In this document: in pieces, positions 7,962 through 16,544 of the stretch
Position numbering within the stretch: position 1 is the stretch's first letter
Layout of the letters: each line of letters begins with the position of its first letter
Virus record (IMG/VR): IMGVR_UViG_3300025949_000021
Origin: an uncultured virus (IMG/VR IMGVR_UViG_3300025949_000021)
Taxonomy: Duplodnaviria; Heunggongvirae; Uroviricota; Caudoviricetes
DNA: 64,000 nucleotides
Direction: 5' to 3' (one strand)
Translations under genes and position numbers: made by a program
The notes under the pieces: model-generated
Told to the model about the DNA's origin: nothing
The model's input: the letters and a program-made list of their open reading frames with translations, nothing else
The model's database searches: none

Positions 7962-8471
7962 ATGAATATGGAATTAATTATCATATCAGCACTTGCTATC
8001 GGCGTATTATGGCTTAGCTATTCCGCGTATAAAAGCTATGTAGCTGCGAAAATGGCTAAGGAAGAAAGGGAAGAGTCGGACAGAATCGCAGAAGAAAAGC
8101 GCCAAGATTCGATTTTTAGGACTCATGAACGTATCCGCCAATTCCATGCTGAAAGGACTTATTCAGCTAAATCAAATATTGCCCCAGCTGCCTCAGTTGC
8201 TAGGCCAGTAGAAACAAATAGTGGCTCATATGACCCCATGCTGACGTATCTTATTCTTAGCCAGTCCATTCAGCCAAATGGCTATTCTAGCAATCCGTAT
8301 CCACACGCTAGTTCATTTCCTGTAGGTGGCGGAGGGACATTTGATGGCGCTGGAGCTAGTGCCGATTGGCCCAGTAGCTCAAGCTCATTGTGCGATTCTA
8401 GCTCTAGCTATTCATCTGATAGCAGTAGTTCAAGTTCGGATAGTAGCTCGTCATGTTCATCATCGGATTAG
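7962..8471 (+). CDS. Membrane-anchored protein with Gly motif and Ser-rich tail
   Basis: N-terminal TM, GGGGTFDGAGASADW, poly-Ser; homologue 46627-47130. Confidence 0.8.
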   Translation: MNMELIIISALAIGVLWLSYSAYKSYVAAKMAKEEREESDRIAEEKRQDSIFRTHERIRQFHAERTYSAKSNIAPAASVARPVETNSGSYDPMLTYLILSQSIQPNGYSSNPYPHASSFPVGGGGTFDGAGASADWPSSSSSLCDSSSSYSSDSSSSSSDSSSSCSSSD

Positions 8472-8479
8472 AGGGAAAT

Positions 8480-8701
8480 ATGAGTAACTATTACGGATTA
8501 ATCGGTATTGGTGTAGCCATCTTGCTGACAGTCTTTGTAGGCATGTACCTCGACTACTTCACTAAGCACATGAATGACGATACAGAGCCATACGACGAGT
8601 ATGAGGTAGAGCAGGCTCGATTATCCTGGGAAGCAAGAAAGTCCAGCTATAAGGCTAATAGGCTGACGGCTATCAATGCGGTGAAGGGAGAGAAGACATG
8701 A
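8480..8701 (+). CDS. Small membrane protein
   Basis: N-terminal TM; homologue near 47246-47476. Confidence 0.65.
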   Translation: MSNYYGLIGIGVAILLTVFVGMYLDYFTKHMNDDTEPYDEYEVEQARLSWEARKSSYKANRLTAINAVKGEKT

Positions 8702-8870
8702 ATCGTTATAAGATTTGGGAATTTGTTTGCATTTTTGGAGTAATTTTTAATGCAGTTTGTTTGTACGATGCATTTTTCAAAGGTGAGGCCGGACGCGGTG
8801 CATTATTCCTAATGTCAGGAGTGATATGCGCTTGCTTTGCATGTGATTTTCACAGGATGGGGAAAGAATA

Positions 8871-9230
8871 ATGCGCGCATTCAATCTTGAAGAAGCAAAA
8901 GCAGGTAAGCCCCTCGTCACCCGTGATGGGAGAGATGCGAAGTTTATTGCGCATGTGCCGGAATGTACTATGACAAATAGGATTATTGCTCTTATTTCTG
9001 GTAAGTCAGTCGTTTTTGAGTATTCAGAAAAAGGTATTTATGTTGGCGGAGATGGGAAATCTGGTAAAGATCTTTTCATGAAAACAAAGAAGGAATTTGC
9101 TAATTTGTTCTTGGAAAATATCTATGGTAAATGGATATCATATGATTCCGAAGAGGAAGCGAAGAAATGGGCAAAATTATCAAATTTTGAATATGTTGCC
9201 ATTGCTGTTCCTATCGAGATAGAGGAATAA
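8871..9230 (+). CDS. Phage hypothetical protein
   Basis: FNLEEAKAGKPLVTRDGR recurrent phage motif. Confidence 0.75.
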   Translation: MRAFNLEEAKAGKPLVTRDGRDAKFIAHVPECTMTNRIIALISGKSVVFEYSEKGIYVGGDGKSGKDLFMKTKKEFANLFLENIYGKWISYDSEEEAKKWAKLSNFEYVAIAVPIEIEE

Positions 9231-9231
9231 C

Positions 9232-9585
9232 ATGAAGACCTCTGAACTCGACGGCCATCTGCTGGACTACTGGACTGGGCGCGCGTTAGGTAAAAGCGTA
9301 CAAATCCTCAAGCATCAGCGAGATGAGAGCTATTTTTGTTCGGAAGAGTACGCGCCTGGAGATGTATTTATTGGCCGACCGACGTTGAAGCTTTGGAATC
9401 CATCTGAGGATTGGTCGATTGGAGGGCCTCTTATAGAGAGGCATCTAATTGAAGTTGAAAGAGTGGGTAAGAAATGGAAAACGCAAGATGAGACTTTTGG
9501 GACAACTTTGCTAATTGCAAACTGTCGGGCTATCATTAAATTTCATATTGGCGATGAAGTTCCAGATGAAGGAGAGAAAGAATGA
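9232..9585 (+). CDS. NinX/DUF2591-like protein
   Basis: KTSEL.G..LDYW...WNPSEDWSIGGPLIE. Confidence 0.75.
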   Translation: MKTSELDGHLLDYWTGRALGKSVQILKHQRDESYFCSEEYAPGDVFIGRPTLKLWNPSEDWSIGGPLIERHLIEVERVGKKWKTQDETFGTTLLIANCRAIIKFHIGDEVPDEGEKE

Positions 9586-10001
9586 AGATGTGGATTGATA
9601 CAGAGTTCAATTCGTTTAAGGGTGAGTTGATTTCGATGGCTATCGTTACGCAGGATGGCCGCGAGTTTTACGAATCGCTAGGATGCTTTGATCCTGACCC
9701 ATGGGTGGCGGAAAACGTTATTCCAGTAATCGGGAAAAAGCAGATCGGATTTATAGAGCTCCAAGATAAGTTGTATAAGTTTCTTTTGCCATATGAACAT
9801 ATGCATCTTATTGCAGATTGGCCCGAAGATATTCAGCACTTTTGCGAAACTTTGATAATTGGTCCGGGGCTCCGTATTAGCACGCCATTGCTGACGATGG
9901 AAATCCGGCGTGATTTGGATGCAGAAAGCGAGATTCCGCATAATGCATTATCGGATGCTCGTGCTATCAAGGCTAAATACATGTCGCTTGTGACTGATTA
10001 A
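9582..10001 (+). CDS. DEDDh 3'-5' exonuclease-like protein
   Basis: IDTEF...ADWPED...HNALSDA motifs. Confidence 0.8.
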   Translation: MKMWIDTEFNSFKGELISMAIVTQDGREFYESLGCFDPDPWVAENVIPVIGKKQIGFIELQDKLYKFLLPYEHMHLIADWPEDIQHFCETLIIGPGLRISTPLLTMEIRRDLDAESEIPHNALSDARAIKAKYMSLVTD

Positions 10002-10004
10002 TAC

Positions 10005-10032
10005 TTGTATTTCGGCATACATTTGCTATGAT
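10005..10032 (+). promoter_or_regulatory. Sigma70-like promoter for the ncRNA array
   Basis: TTGTAT-N16-TATGAT with extended TGn; boxes conserved at 48914-48941. Confidence 0.7.
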
Positions 10033-10080
10033 GAAGGTTCTCACATCCAAGGTGCTTCGCTTCGGCAGGTTTCTTTGATA

Positions 10081-10428
10081 GCCTGGAAAGACAGGCACTT
10101 AACGCATGCTGACTTTGAATAAAATAATGTCACGACATGGGCGGCCTCCCCCGCACAGGAAGTCAGCAGTCGTTAGGTGAATGCGTAGGCTGATGCGCAG
10201 CGAGCAGCACTGGAAACCGCGACCCGTATTAAACCAGTGATACGGCCCATGCCGGAGATCAGTACCGGCCACCTATTCAATACGCAGATAAGCATAAATA
10301 CTGGCAGGCGCAAGTATAGCCTTGTAGGCATACAGGGAAGTAGTAAAGGCCAATCAACCTTTATTGCTATACAGCCGGAAAGACGGCATAGTAAAATACG
10401 TAAGAGGGCGCAACCGTCCGAGGATTAA
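10081..10428 (+). ncRNA. Array of structured RNA modules
   Basis: Hairpins gcctggaaagacaggc and gccggaaagacggc; stems 10100-10175, 10174-10275, about 10299-10392; junctions conserved in unit 2. Confidence 0.7.
10174..10275 (+). ncRNA. C4 antisense-family-like RNA
   Basis: GGTGAATGCGTAGGCTGATGCGC...GCCGGAGATCAGTACCGGCCACC matches my recollection of the C4 family; CTGAT/ATCAG loop complementarity. Confidence 0.75.
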
Positions 10429-10456
10429 CAATAAACATTAACTTCGGAGCAATACA

Positions 10457-10810
10457 ATGCTAAGAGCTCTCTTAGGAATGACGCAAGGAACGGCAGATGC
10501 GTTATATTCCACAAAAAACACCACGCAAAAGGTTGTGCCTACTACAGGACAAACAGTCACTTTTGCCAATAACTCAATTGACCAGACGATTTATCTTGCC
10601 CCGGCAGGCGTGCTGGCAACATTGACAGTGACATTGCCAAGTGACGCCACAAGCCGTTTAGGTCAACGAGTAACCTTCTGCACATCTCAAAACATTACAT
10701 TGCTTACACTTAATGGCGCATCAACCATTATGAACACGGTAAGCTCGCTGACTTCAAGTGATTGTTTCACATTCCAAAAAATCGACACCAATACATGGAT
10801 TCACGCATGA
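10457..10810 (+). CDS. Thr-rich beta protein resembling virion fibre domains
   Basis: LAPAG.LATLTVTLP...GQRV pattern; homologue 49378-49734. Confidence 0.75.
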   Translation: MLRALLGMTQGTADALYSTKNTTQKVVPTTGQTVTFANNSIDQTIYLAPAGVLATLTVTLPSDATSRLGQRVTFCTSQNITLLTLNGASTIMNTVSSLTSSDCFTFQKIDTNTWIHA

Positions 10811-11550
10811 AATACCTAATCCTCTCTTTATTGGCAATTAGCCAACTTTCGTTTGCTGCTCCATTCTCAACTCGGATGATGAGCCGCAATTCAATGGACA
10901 ATGGGAACGTCACCCAGGATATCGGACCTCCTCCAAGTGCTGGCGTGATTGGATACGATATCCCGAACAATGCTCCTTTCTGGGTAACGCTTGGGTCTGG
11001 TCTAGCTTTCACTGGCAGCGTATTGGATGTAACGGCAACGCCAGTAAATGCAGATTGGAATTCAAGCACAGGGCTTAGCCAAATTCTTAATAAGCCATCT
11101 ATCCCGGCTGCGCAAGTCAATAGCGATTGGAATGCATCTAGCGGTGTAGCTCAGATCCTGAACAAGCCTACTATCCCAACAATCACCCCACCAAGCCAAT
11201 CTAGTGCTACTCGCACCCTTAATACAGCGTTCAAGATTAGTGCGACACGTCCTACACTAGTAGTCTATAGCGTACAGATCACCGTAACAGCGTCTATTGC
11301 TGGTGGTCAGAATGGCGATGTAATCCTAGAGATTGCAAGTGATAGTGGTTTCACAACGAACGTGCAGACATTGAGTATTGCAGGAAACGGGCAGACTTAT
11401 ACATTGGCAATTGCTTTGCAAGGTATTCAACCTACAACGAATGTCGTGAGTGGGTTTGTTCCTGCTGATTACTATGCGAGGTTGCGCACAGTCAATAACT
11501 CGGGGACGCCAACATTTACTTATCGTGCAGGCCAAGAAATTCAAATGTAA
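10807..11550 (+). CDS. Signal-peptide protein with tail-fibre-type DWN...ILNKP repeats
   Basis: MKYLILSLLAISQLSFA-AP; two VN.DWN.S.G..QILNKP repeats; homologue 49731-50474. Confidence 0.8.
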   Translation: MKYLILSLLAISQLSFAAPFSTRMMSRNSMDNGNVTQDIGPPPSAGVIGYDIPNNAPFWVTLGSGLAFTGSVLDVTATPVNADWNSSTGLSQILNKPSIPAAQVNSDWNASSGVAQILNKPTIPTITPPSQSSATRTLNTAFKISATRPTLVVYSVQITVTASIAGGQNGDVILEIASDSGFTTNVQTLSIAGNGQTYTLAIALQGIQPTTNVVSGFVPADYYARLRTVNNSGTPTFTYRAGQEIQM

Positions 11551-11559
11551 GGAGAGAAA

Positions 11560-11955
11560 ATGCTACGCCGAGTAACGAAACAAGAGTATCAAGCGCAATC
11601 AAACATTCGCCCAGATGCTATTGGTTACTGCCTAGAGTGCTGGAGGTACCATATGTCAGGCACTCAAGCAGCAAATCTCAGCGCAAGGCCAATGGGAGGA
11701 TTGACAGCAAATGAGGATGGTTACGGGCATGACCCGCATGAAGCCCAATTAGCTCAGGATGCAAAGATAGGCGCAGCAACAAATGCCTGTATAGAAAGTC
11801 TCAAGCCTCGCCACAAATGGTCAGTCTATAAAACATTAGGGATGGGCCAAGTAATGCAGTTCAACTTTGCCGACCTGCTCCACACTTACGATGAAGCAAA
11901 GGCAGAGTTAGAAAGATTGCTTAAAAAGAACTTTGATACTGGTTATCTTTTCTGA
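11560..11955 (+). CDS. Putative Q-like late antiterminator
   Basis: Directly upstream of promoter-terminator-terS; LE.W motif and helical C-terminus. Confidence 0.6.
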   Translation: MLRRVTKQEYQAQSNIRPDAIGYCLECWRYHMSGTQAANLSARPMGGLTANEDGYGHDPHEAQLAQDAKIGAATNACIESLKPRHKWSVYKTLGMGQVMQFNFADLLHTYDEAKAELERLLKKNFDTGYLF

Positions 11956-11965
11956 CAACAACCTA

Positions 11966-11994
11966 TTGCATTCCTACAAACTAAGTAGTATTCT
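11966..11994 (+). promoter_or_regulatory. pR'-like late promoter
   Basis: TTGCAT-N17-TATTCT; counterpart 50891-50919. Confidence 0.65.
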
Positions 11995-12057
11995 CTGTAT
12001 CCGAAGGCGGGATAATTGCCTTCAAAATTTCCCTCTCCTCCGCGTCAGCGTGAGTTT

Positions 12058-12089
12058 AAGCCGCACCGTAACTGGTAGCGGCTTTTTTT
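12058..12089 (+). terminator. tR'-like intrinsic terminator
   Basis: aagccgc...gcggctttttt. Confidence 0.85.
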
Positions 12090-12134
12090 ATTTCAGCAAT
12101 CGAAGAGAAGATAGAACAACAAACGGAGTAAATC

Positions 12135-12377
12135 ATGCTTGTGATAGACAAGGCAACCCAAAAGATTCTAGGGACTTGCGACGCACAAGTAACTGGAAAA
12201 GCGTTCATCGTAGTACGTACTCCTCAGCCGGATGTTATATTTCCATTGGTATATATCAGTTGGGGAGAGACTCCGGCTGTTATCCAAACAGTTCCAGCGT
12301 TACAAGCTGATAATTTAAACCAGGCGCAAACCTACTTGCCAAACTTCATCGAATACGTGAAGCCAAACATGGCATAG
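12135..12377 (+). CDS. Hypothetical protein inserted before terS (unit 1 only)
   Basis: GGAG RBS; absent in unit 2. Confidence 0.6.
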   Translation: MLVIDKATQKILGTCDAQVTGKAFIVVRTPQPDVIFPLVYISWGETPAVIQTVPALQADNLNQAQTYLPNFIEYVKPNMA

Positions 12378-12422
12378 GAAGCGTTAATCAATATCGGTCT
12401 AACACCGAGAAAGATTAATAAA

Positions 12423-12743
12423 ATGTCAACAAATCCAGGAACCTTTAAGAAAGGTGAAAAAAGGCCCGGTCAAGGACGCCCAAAGGGATGCGTAAATAAG
12501 TCTACGCAAGAGTTCAGAATGACCGTACAGGCGCTTTTGGATGATAACCGTACCAATGTAGCCACTTGGCTGCAACAGGTCGCAGAAGGCTCAGGAGACG
12601 TTAAGCCTGATCCGGGCAAGGCGCTTGATTTGCTGGCTAAGTTGGCTGAGTTTGCGGCCCCTAAGCTGGCTCGCACAGAAATCACCGGTAAGGATGGTGA
12701 CGCAATCGAAACAGTGAGCCGCATTGAACTAGTTGGGCAATGA
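12423..12743 (+). CDS. terS: Terminase small subunit
   Basis: FKKG...GRPKG..NK and EITGKDG motifs; coupled to terL. Confidence 0.8.
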   Translation: MSTNPGTFKKGEKRPGQGRPKGCVNKSTQEFRMTVQALLDDNRTNVATWLQQVAEGSGDVKPDPGKALDLLAKLAEFAAPKLARTEITGKDGDAIETVSRIELVGQ

Positions 12744-14149
12744 CCACTATTCAGGTAAAGCTGCCTAAGAAGCTAGTTCCGGTCTTTAGTGGTGAGGCAG
12801 ATGTAAGAGGCGCACATGGCGGTCGAGGATCAGGCAAGACAAGATCCTTTGCCAAGATGGCCGCTGTGAGAGGTTACATATACGGTAAGCAGGGCATCAA
12901 AGGCCAAATTCTTTGCGCTCGCCAGTTCATGAACTCTCTTGAAGATTCAAGCCTAGAAGAATGTAAGCGAGCAATCGAGGAAGAACCTTTTCTTCTTGCT
13001 TATTACGACATAGGTGAGAAGTACATCAAGAGTAAAGATGGGCGCATAACCTTTTCCTTTGCTGGACTAGATCGCAATATCGACAGTATCAAGTCTAAGG
13101 GCCGTATCCTTATTTGCTGGGTAGATGAGGGTGAGCCGGTTACAGAGAACGCATTCAAGACGCTAATCCCTACATTGCGGGAAGAAGGCGACGATTGGAA
13201 TGCTGAGCTTTGGGTAACTTGGAACCCAGAGCGTAAAAGTTCGGCAGTTCACAAGCGGTTTCGTTTAAGTAAAAATCCTCGCATCAAGGTCGCTGAGATT
13301 AACTGGCGAGACAATCCTTGGTTTCCTGCAACGCTTGAACGTACGCGAGTTAGTGATTTGCTAGAGCGTCCTGACACATATGATCACGTTTGGGAAGGCG
13401 CATTCGGCAACTTACAAGGTTCTATTCTGGGTAAGTGGGTAGCAGCAGCACGTAGGGAAGGGCGGATAACAAACGACATTGCCTACGATCCTAATGGTGC
13501 GCCTATCTATGTGTCGAGTGACTTAGGTTTTAGAGATACGGCTTCATGGTGGTACTGGCAGCCTCTTCCTGGTGGATTCAACCTGTTGAAGTATGAAGGC
13601 GAATCGGGCTTTGATGCTGATGACTGGATTCCGCGCATTCAGGAAGTATTGACTGAAATCGTAGGGATTGATTTCTCATCTAAAGAGGCAAAAGGCAAGC
13701 TAGGCAAGATATTCCTTCCGCATGATGCCAAGGCTAAGACGTTTCAAAGCAAGCACACAAGTATCGAACGGTTTGTAAAGGGATTCGGCCACGATCACAT
13801 GAAGATCGTTGACCAGTCTCGTAAGCTGGATCAGATTAGCGCAGCTAGAGCGGTTATCGCCAAATGCGCATTTAATGAAGATGCTTGCGAAGAAGGAATT
13901 GATGGGCTGGAAGCGTGGGAATTTGAGTTTAATAAGGACACTGAGGTTTTCTCGAAAGAGCCAATCCACAATTGGGCGAGTCATCCATCAGATGCTTTTG
14001 CGTATGGCTGTCAGGCTATGCAGGAAGTCATTATTAAGCCTGCTGACAAGCCGCCAGTCTTCCCGGCTAAAGGAATGAATGGACGCATCATTACAGCGCC
14101 ACTTGATGATTTATGGAAATCCACCCCAACTAGGGACGACAGAATATGA
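12740..14149 (+). CDS. terL: Terminase large subunit (PBSX/SPP1-type)
   Basis: GGRGSGKT Walker A, WVDE Walker B, TWNP, DLG, H..DA nuclease motifs. Confidence 0.95.
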   Translation: MTTIQVKLPKKLVPVFSGEADVRGAHGGRGSGKTRSFAKMAAVRGYIYGKQGIKGQILCARQFMNSLEDSSLEECKRAIEEEPFLLAYYDIGEKYIKSKDGRITFSFAGLDRNIDSIKSKGRILICWVDEGEPVTENAFKTLIPTLREEGDDWNAELWVTWNPERKSSAVHKRFRLSKNPRIKVAEINWRDNPWFPATLERTRVSDLLERPDTYDHVWEGAFGNLQGSILGKWVAAARREGRITNDIAYDPNGAPIYVSSDLGFRDTASWWYWQPLPGGFNLLKYEGESGFDADDWIPRIQEVLTEIVGIDFSSKEAKGKLGKIFLPHDAKAKTFQSKHTSIERFVKGFGHDHMKIVDQSRKLDQISAARAVIAKCAFNEDACEEGIDGLEAWEFEFNKDTEVFSKEPIHNWASHPSDAFAYGCQAMQEVIIKPADKPPVFPAKGMNGRIITAPLDDLWKSTPTRDDRI

Positions 14150-14460
14150 AGATTGAAGCATTCTCGGCGCAAAGCCAAACCCTCACGATCTTGGCCGGAA
14201 CGACCGCCAGTGCATCGCTTAATCTGCCTGCTATTGGCAACAATGTTCGCGTGGTGAATGAGGCCACTGTTACTATCTACGTCAAGATTGGCACAGGCGC
14301 GCAAACAGCGATCACTCCGACCGCAGGCGTTCCAGCATCGGTAGTGGCAGTCCTGCCTGGCGATGTAGTGTTCAGTATTCCTAACGTTCAATTGCAGGTC
14401 AGCGTGATTACTGCGACTGGGGCAGGCAATATTTATTTCTCCGTTGGTGAAGGTGTCTAA
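14146..14460 (+). CDS. Small beta-rich putative virion protein
   Basis: Between terL and portal; A/T/V-rich. Confidence 0.65.
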   Translation: MKIEAFSAQSQTLTILAGTTASASLNLPAIGNNVRVVNEATVTIYVKIGTGAQTAITPTAGVPASVVAVLPGDVVFSIPNVQLQVSVITATGAGNIYFSVGEGV

Positions 14461-16544
14461 TGATAGATGACGCCGTAGATACTTCGGCAGATAAGGACGA
14501 GTATAAAAGTGCGTCACAATGGTTGATCGCACTCAAGCTTGCCGAAAAGGATCAAAAGAAGTGGATTGAACGCGGCAAGAAGATCGTTCGTCGTTTCCGC
14601 GATGATCGACAAGGCGCATTCAAAGAGAAGCGTTACAACATTCTTTGGTCGAATGTCAGAACCATGTTCCCGGCTATCTACAGCAAGAAGCCGAAAGCGC
14701 AGGTTGAGCGGCGTTACAAAGACGCTGCGCCAGAAGCTCGTTGTGCATCCGAGATCCTTGAGCGAGTTCTGCAATATGAAATTGATCATTATTGCGATTT
14801 TGACGCTGCTATTCGGGGAGCTTTGCTTGATCGCCTTCTTCCAGGCCGTGGCGTAGCATGGGTTCGATTTGAGGCTCAGGTTCCAAACGATCAGCAAGTT
14901 CAAACTACTGACGATGCGCAACAAGACGTTGTTCCGAACAAGTATGAATGTACTCCATCGGATTATGTGTTTTGGGAAGATTTCCGTTGCTCTCCTGCGC
15001 GCACCTGGGAAGAGGTAACTTGGGTTGCTCGTCGCGTCTACATGGGACGCGAAGAGGGAATTGAGCGTTTCGGCGATATCTTTAAAGAAGTCCCATTAGC
15101 TAGTGTGCCTATTGGTCTGGAAGAGTTGCAGCAAGAGATGGCAAACAGCTCCTCGACCGAGAAGATGAAGAAGGCCAAGGTTTGGGAGATTTGGGACAAG
15201 AATACGCTCACGGCTAATTGGATTGCTGAGGATTTTTCAAAGCAACTTGATGAGAAGCCTGACCCGATTGAGGTTGACGGCTTCTTCCCATGCCCTAAGC
15301 CGCTGTACGCAACACTGACGACAGACACGCTCATTCCCGTTGCTGACTATATCGAGTATCAGGACCAAGCGAACGAGTTGGATAACCTGACGCAGCGCAT
15401 TTCGATGCTGGTCAAAGCGGTAAAGGTTGTTGGCGTCTATGATGCAAGCCAAACTGGCATTCAGCGCCTTCTCAATGAGGGTGTTGATAATGTGATGATC
15501 CCTGTTGATAACTGGGCTCAGTTCGGTGAGAAGGGTATCAAGGGTACAACTGATTTCCTGCCGATTGATATGGTTATAGGTGCTTTGAATGAGCTGTACA
15601 AAGCCCGCGATATCTGCAAACAGGTCATTTACGATATCACTGGTCTGTCCGATATCATACGTGGCTCGTCCGTAGCCTCTGAGACCGCCACAGCACAGCA
15701 AATCAAGAGTAACTATGCATCTCTCCGGTTGAAAGAAACAATCAGCGATGTAGCACGTTTTGCTTCGGATATCCTCCGTCTCAAAGCGGACATGATTTGT
15801 AGTTTTTACTCGTCCCAGGCATTGAAAGATATATCGGGGATTATGGGCACGGATGATGCGCCTTTAGCTGACCAGGCTATTGCATTGCTCAAGTCGGAGC
15901 CATTGCGTAACTATCAAATTGAGGTTGCCACTGATTCGATGGTTGAGTTGGATGAGCAGCAAGAGAAGCAATCTCGCATGGAGTTCTTGCAAGCTGCTGG
16001 CGGATTCTTGAAGCAAGCTGTAGAAGCTGCGCAGCAAGTGCCAGAATTGGCCCCATTGATGGGTGAAATGCTCATGTTCGGTGTGCGTGGATTCAAGGCT
16101 GGTCGTCCAATTGAAGCTGCATTTGAATCGACTGTTAAGGCTCTCAGCAAGCCACAACCAAAAAAGCCAGACCCTGAGCAAATGAAGATGCAAGCCGAAC
16201 AGCAGCAAGCACAGCAAAAGATGCAAATGGATATGCAAATTGCTCAGCAAAAAGCACAAATTGATCAGCAAACAGAAGCGGCACGCGCTCAGGCTGATAT
16301 GGCTATTGAACGTGCGCGCATGCAAATGGAAGCACAGTTCGAACAACAGCGCTTAGCGATGGAAGCGCAAGCTAACATGCAACGCGGCCAAGTAGAGATG
16401 CAACTAGAAGAAATGCGTATGCAGCTTGAGCAATGGAAAGCTATGAAACAAGCTGAGACACAAATTACTGTCGCAGAGATTTCCGCTCAGACTACTTTGA
16501 CGACTCAGCAGAATGACGCCGCCAACCAAGCTGCGGAGGATTAA
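14460..16544 (+). CDS. Portal protein with Gln-rich coiled-coil C-terminus
   Basis: Size, position and P22-like C-terminal barrel composition. Confidence 0.85.
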   Translation: MIDDAVDTSADKDEYKSASQWLIALKLAEKDQKKWIERGKKIVRRFRDDRQGAFKEKRYNILWSNVRTMFPAIYSKKPKAQVERRYKDAAPEARCASEILERVLQYEIDHYCDFDAAIRGALLDRLLPGRGVAWVRFEAQVPNDQQVQTTDDAQQDVVPNKYECTPSDYVFWEDFRCSPARTWEEVTWVARRVYMGREEGIERFGDIFKEVPLASVPIGLEELQQEMANSSSTEKMKKAKVWEIWDKNTLTANWIAEDFSKQLDEKPDPIEVDGFFPCPKPLYATLTTDTLIPVADYIEYQDQANELDNLTQRISMLVKAVKVVGVYDASQTGIQRLLNEGVDNVMIPVDNWAQFGEKGIKGTTDFLPIDMVIGALNELYKARDICKQVIYDITGLSDIIRGSSVASETATAQQIKSNYASLRLKETISDVARFASDILRLKADMICSFYSSQALKDISGIMGTDDAPLADQAIALLKSEPLRNYQIEVATDSMVELDEQQEKQSRMEFLQAAGGFLKQAVEAAQQVPELAPLMGEMLMFGVRGFKAGRPIEAAFESTVKALSKPQPKKPDPEQMKMQAEQQQAQQKMQMDMQIAQQKAQIDQQTEAARAQADMAIERARMQMEAQFEQQRLAMEAQANMQRGQVEMQLEEMRMQLEQWKAMKQAETQITVAEISAQTTLTTQQNDAANQAAED

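Noticed and set aside
10237..10428. 63-aa ORF across the RNA array (likewise 589-879, 669-899, 39251-39597)
   Set aside because: No RBS, not conserved between units, overlaps strong stems
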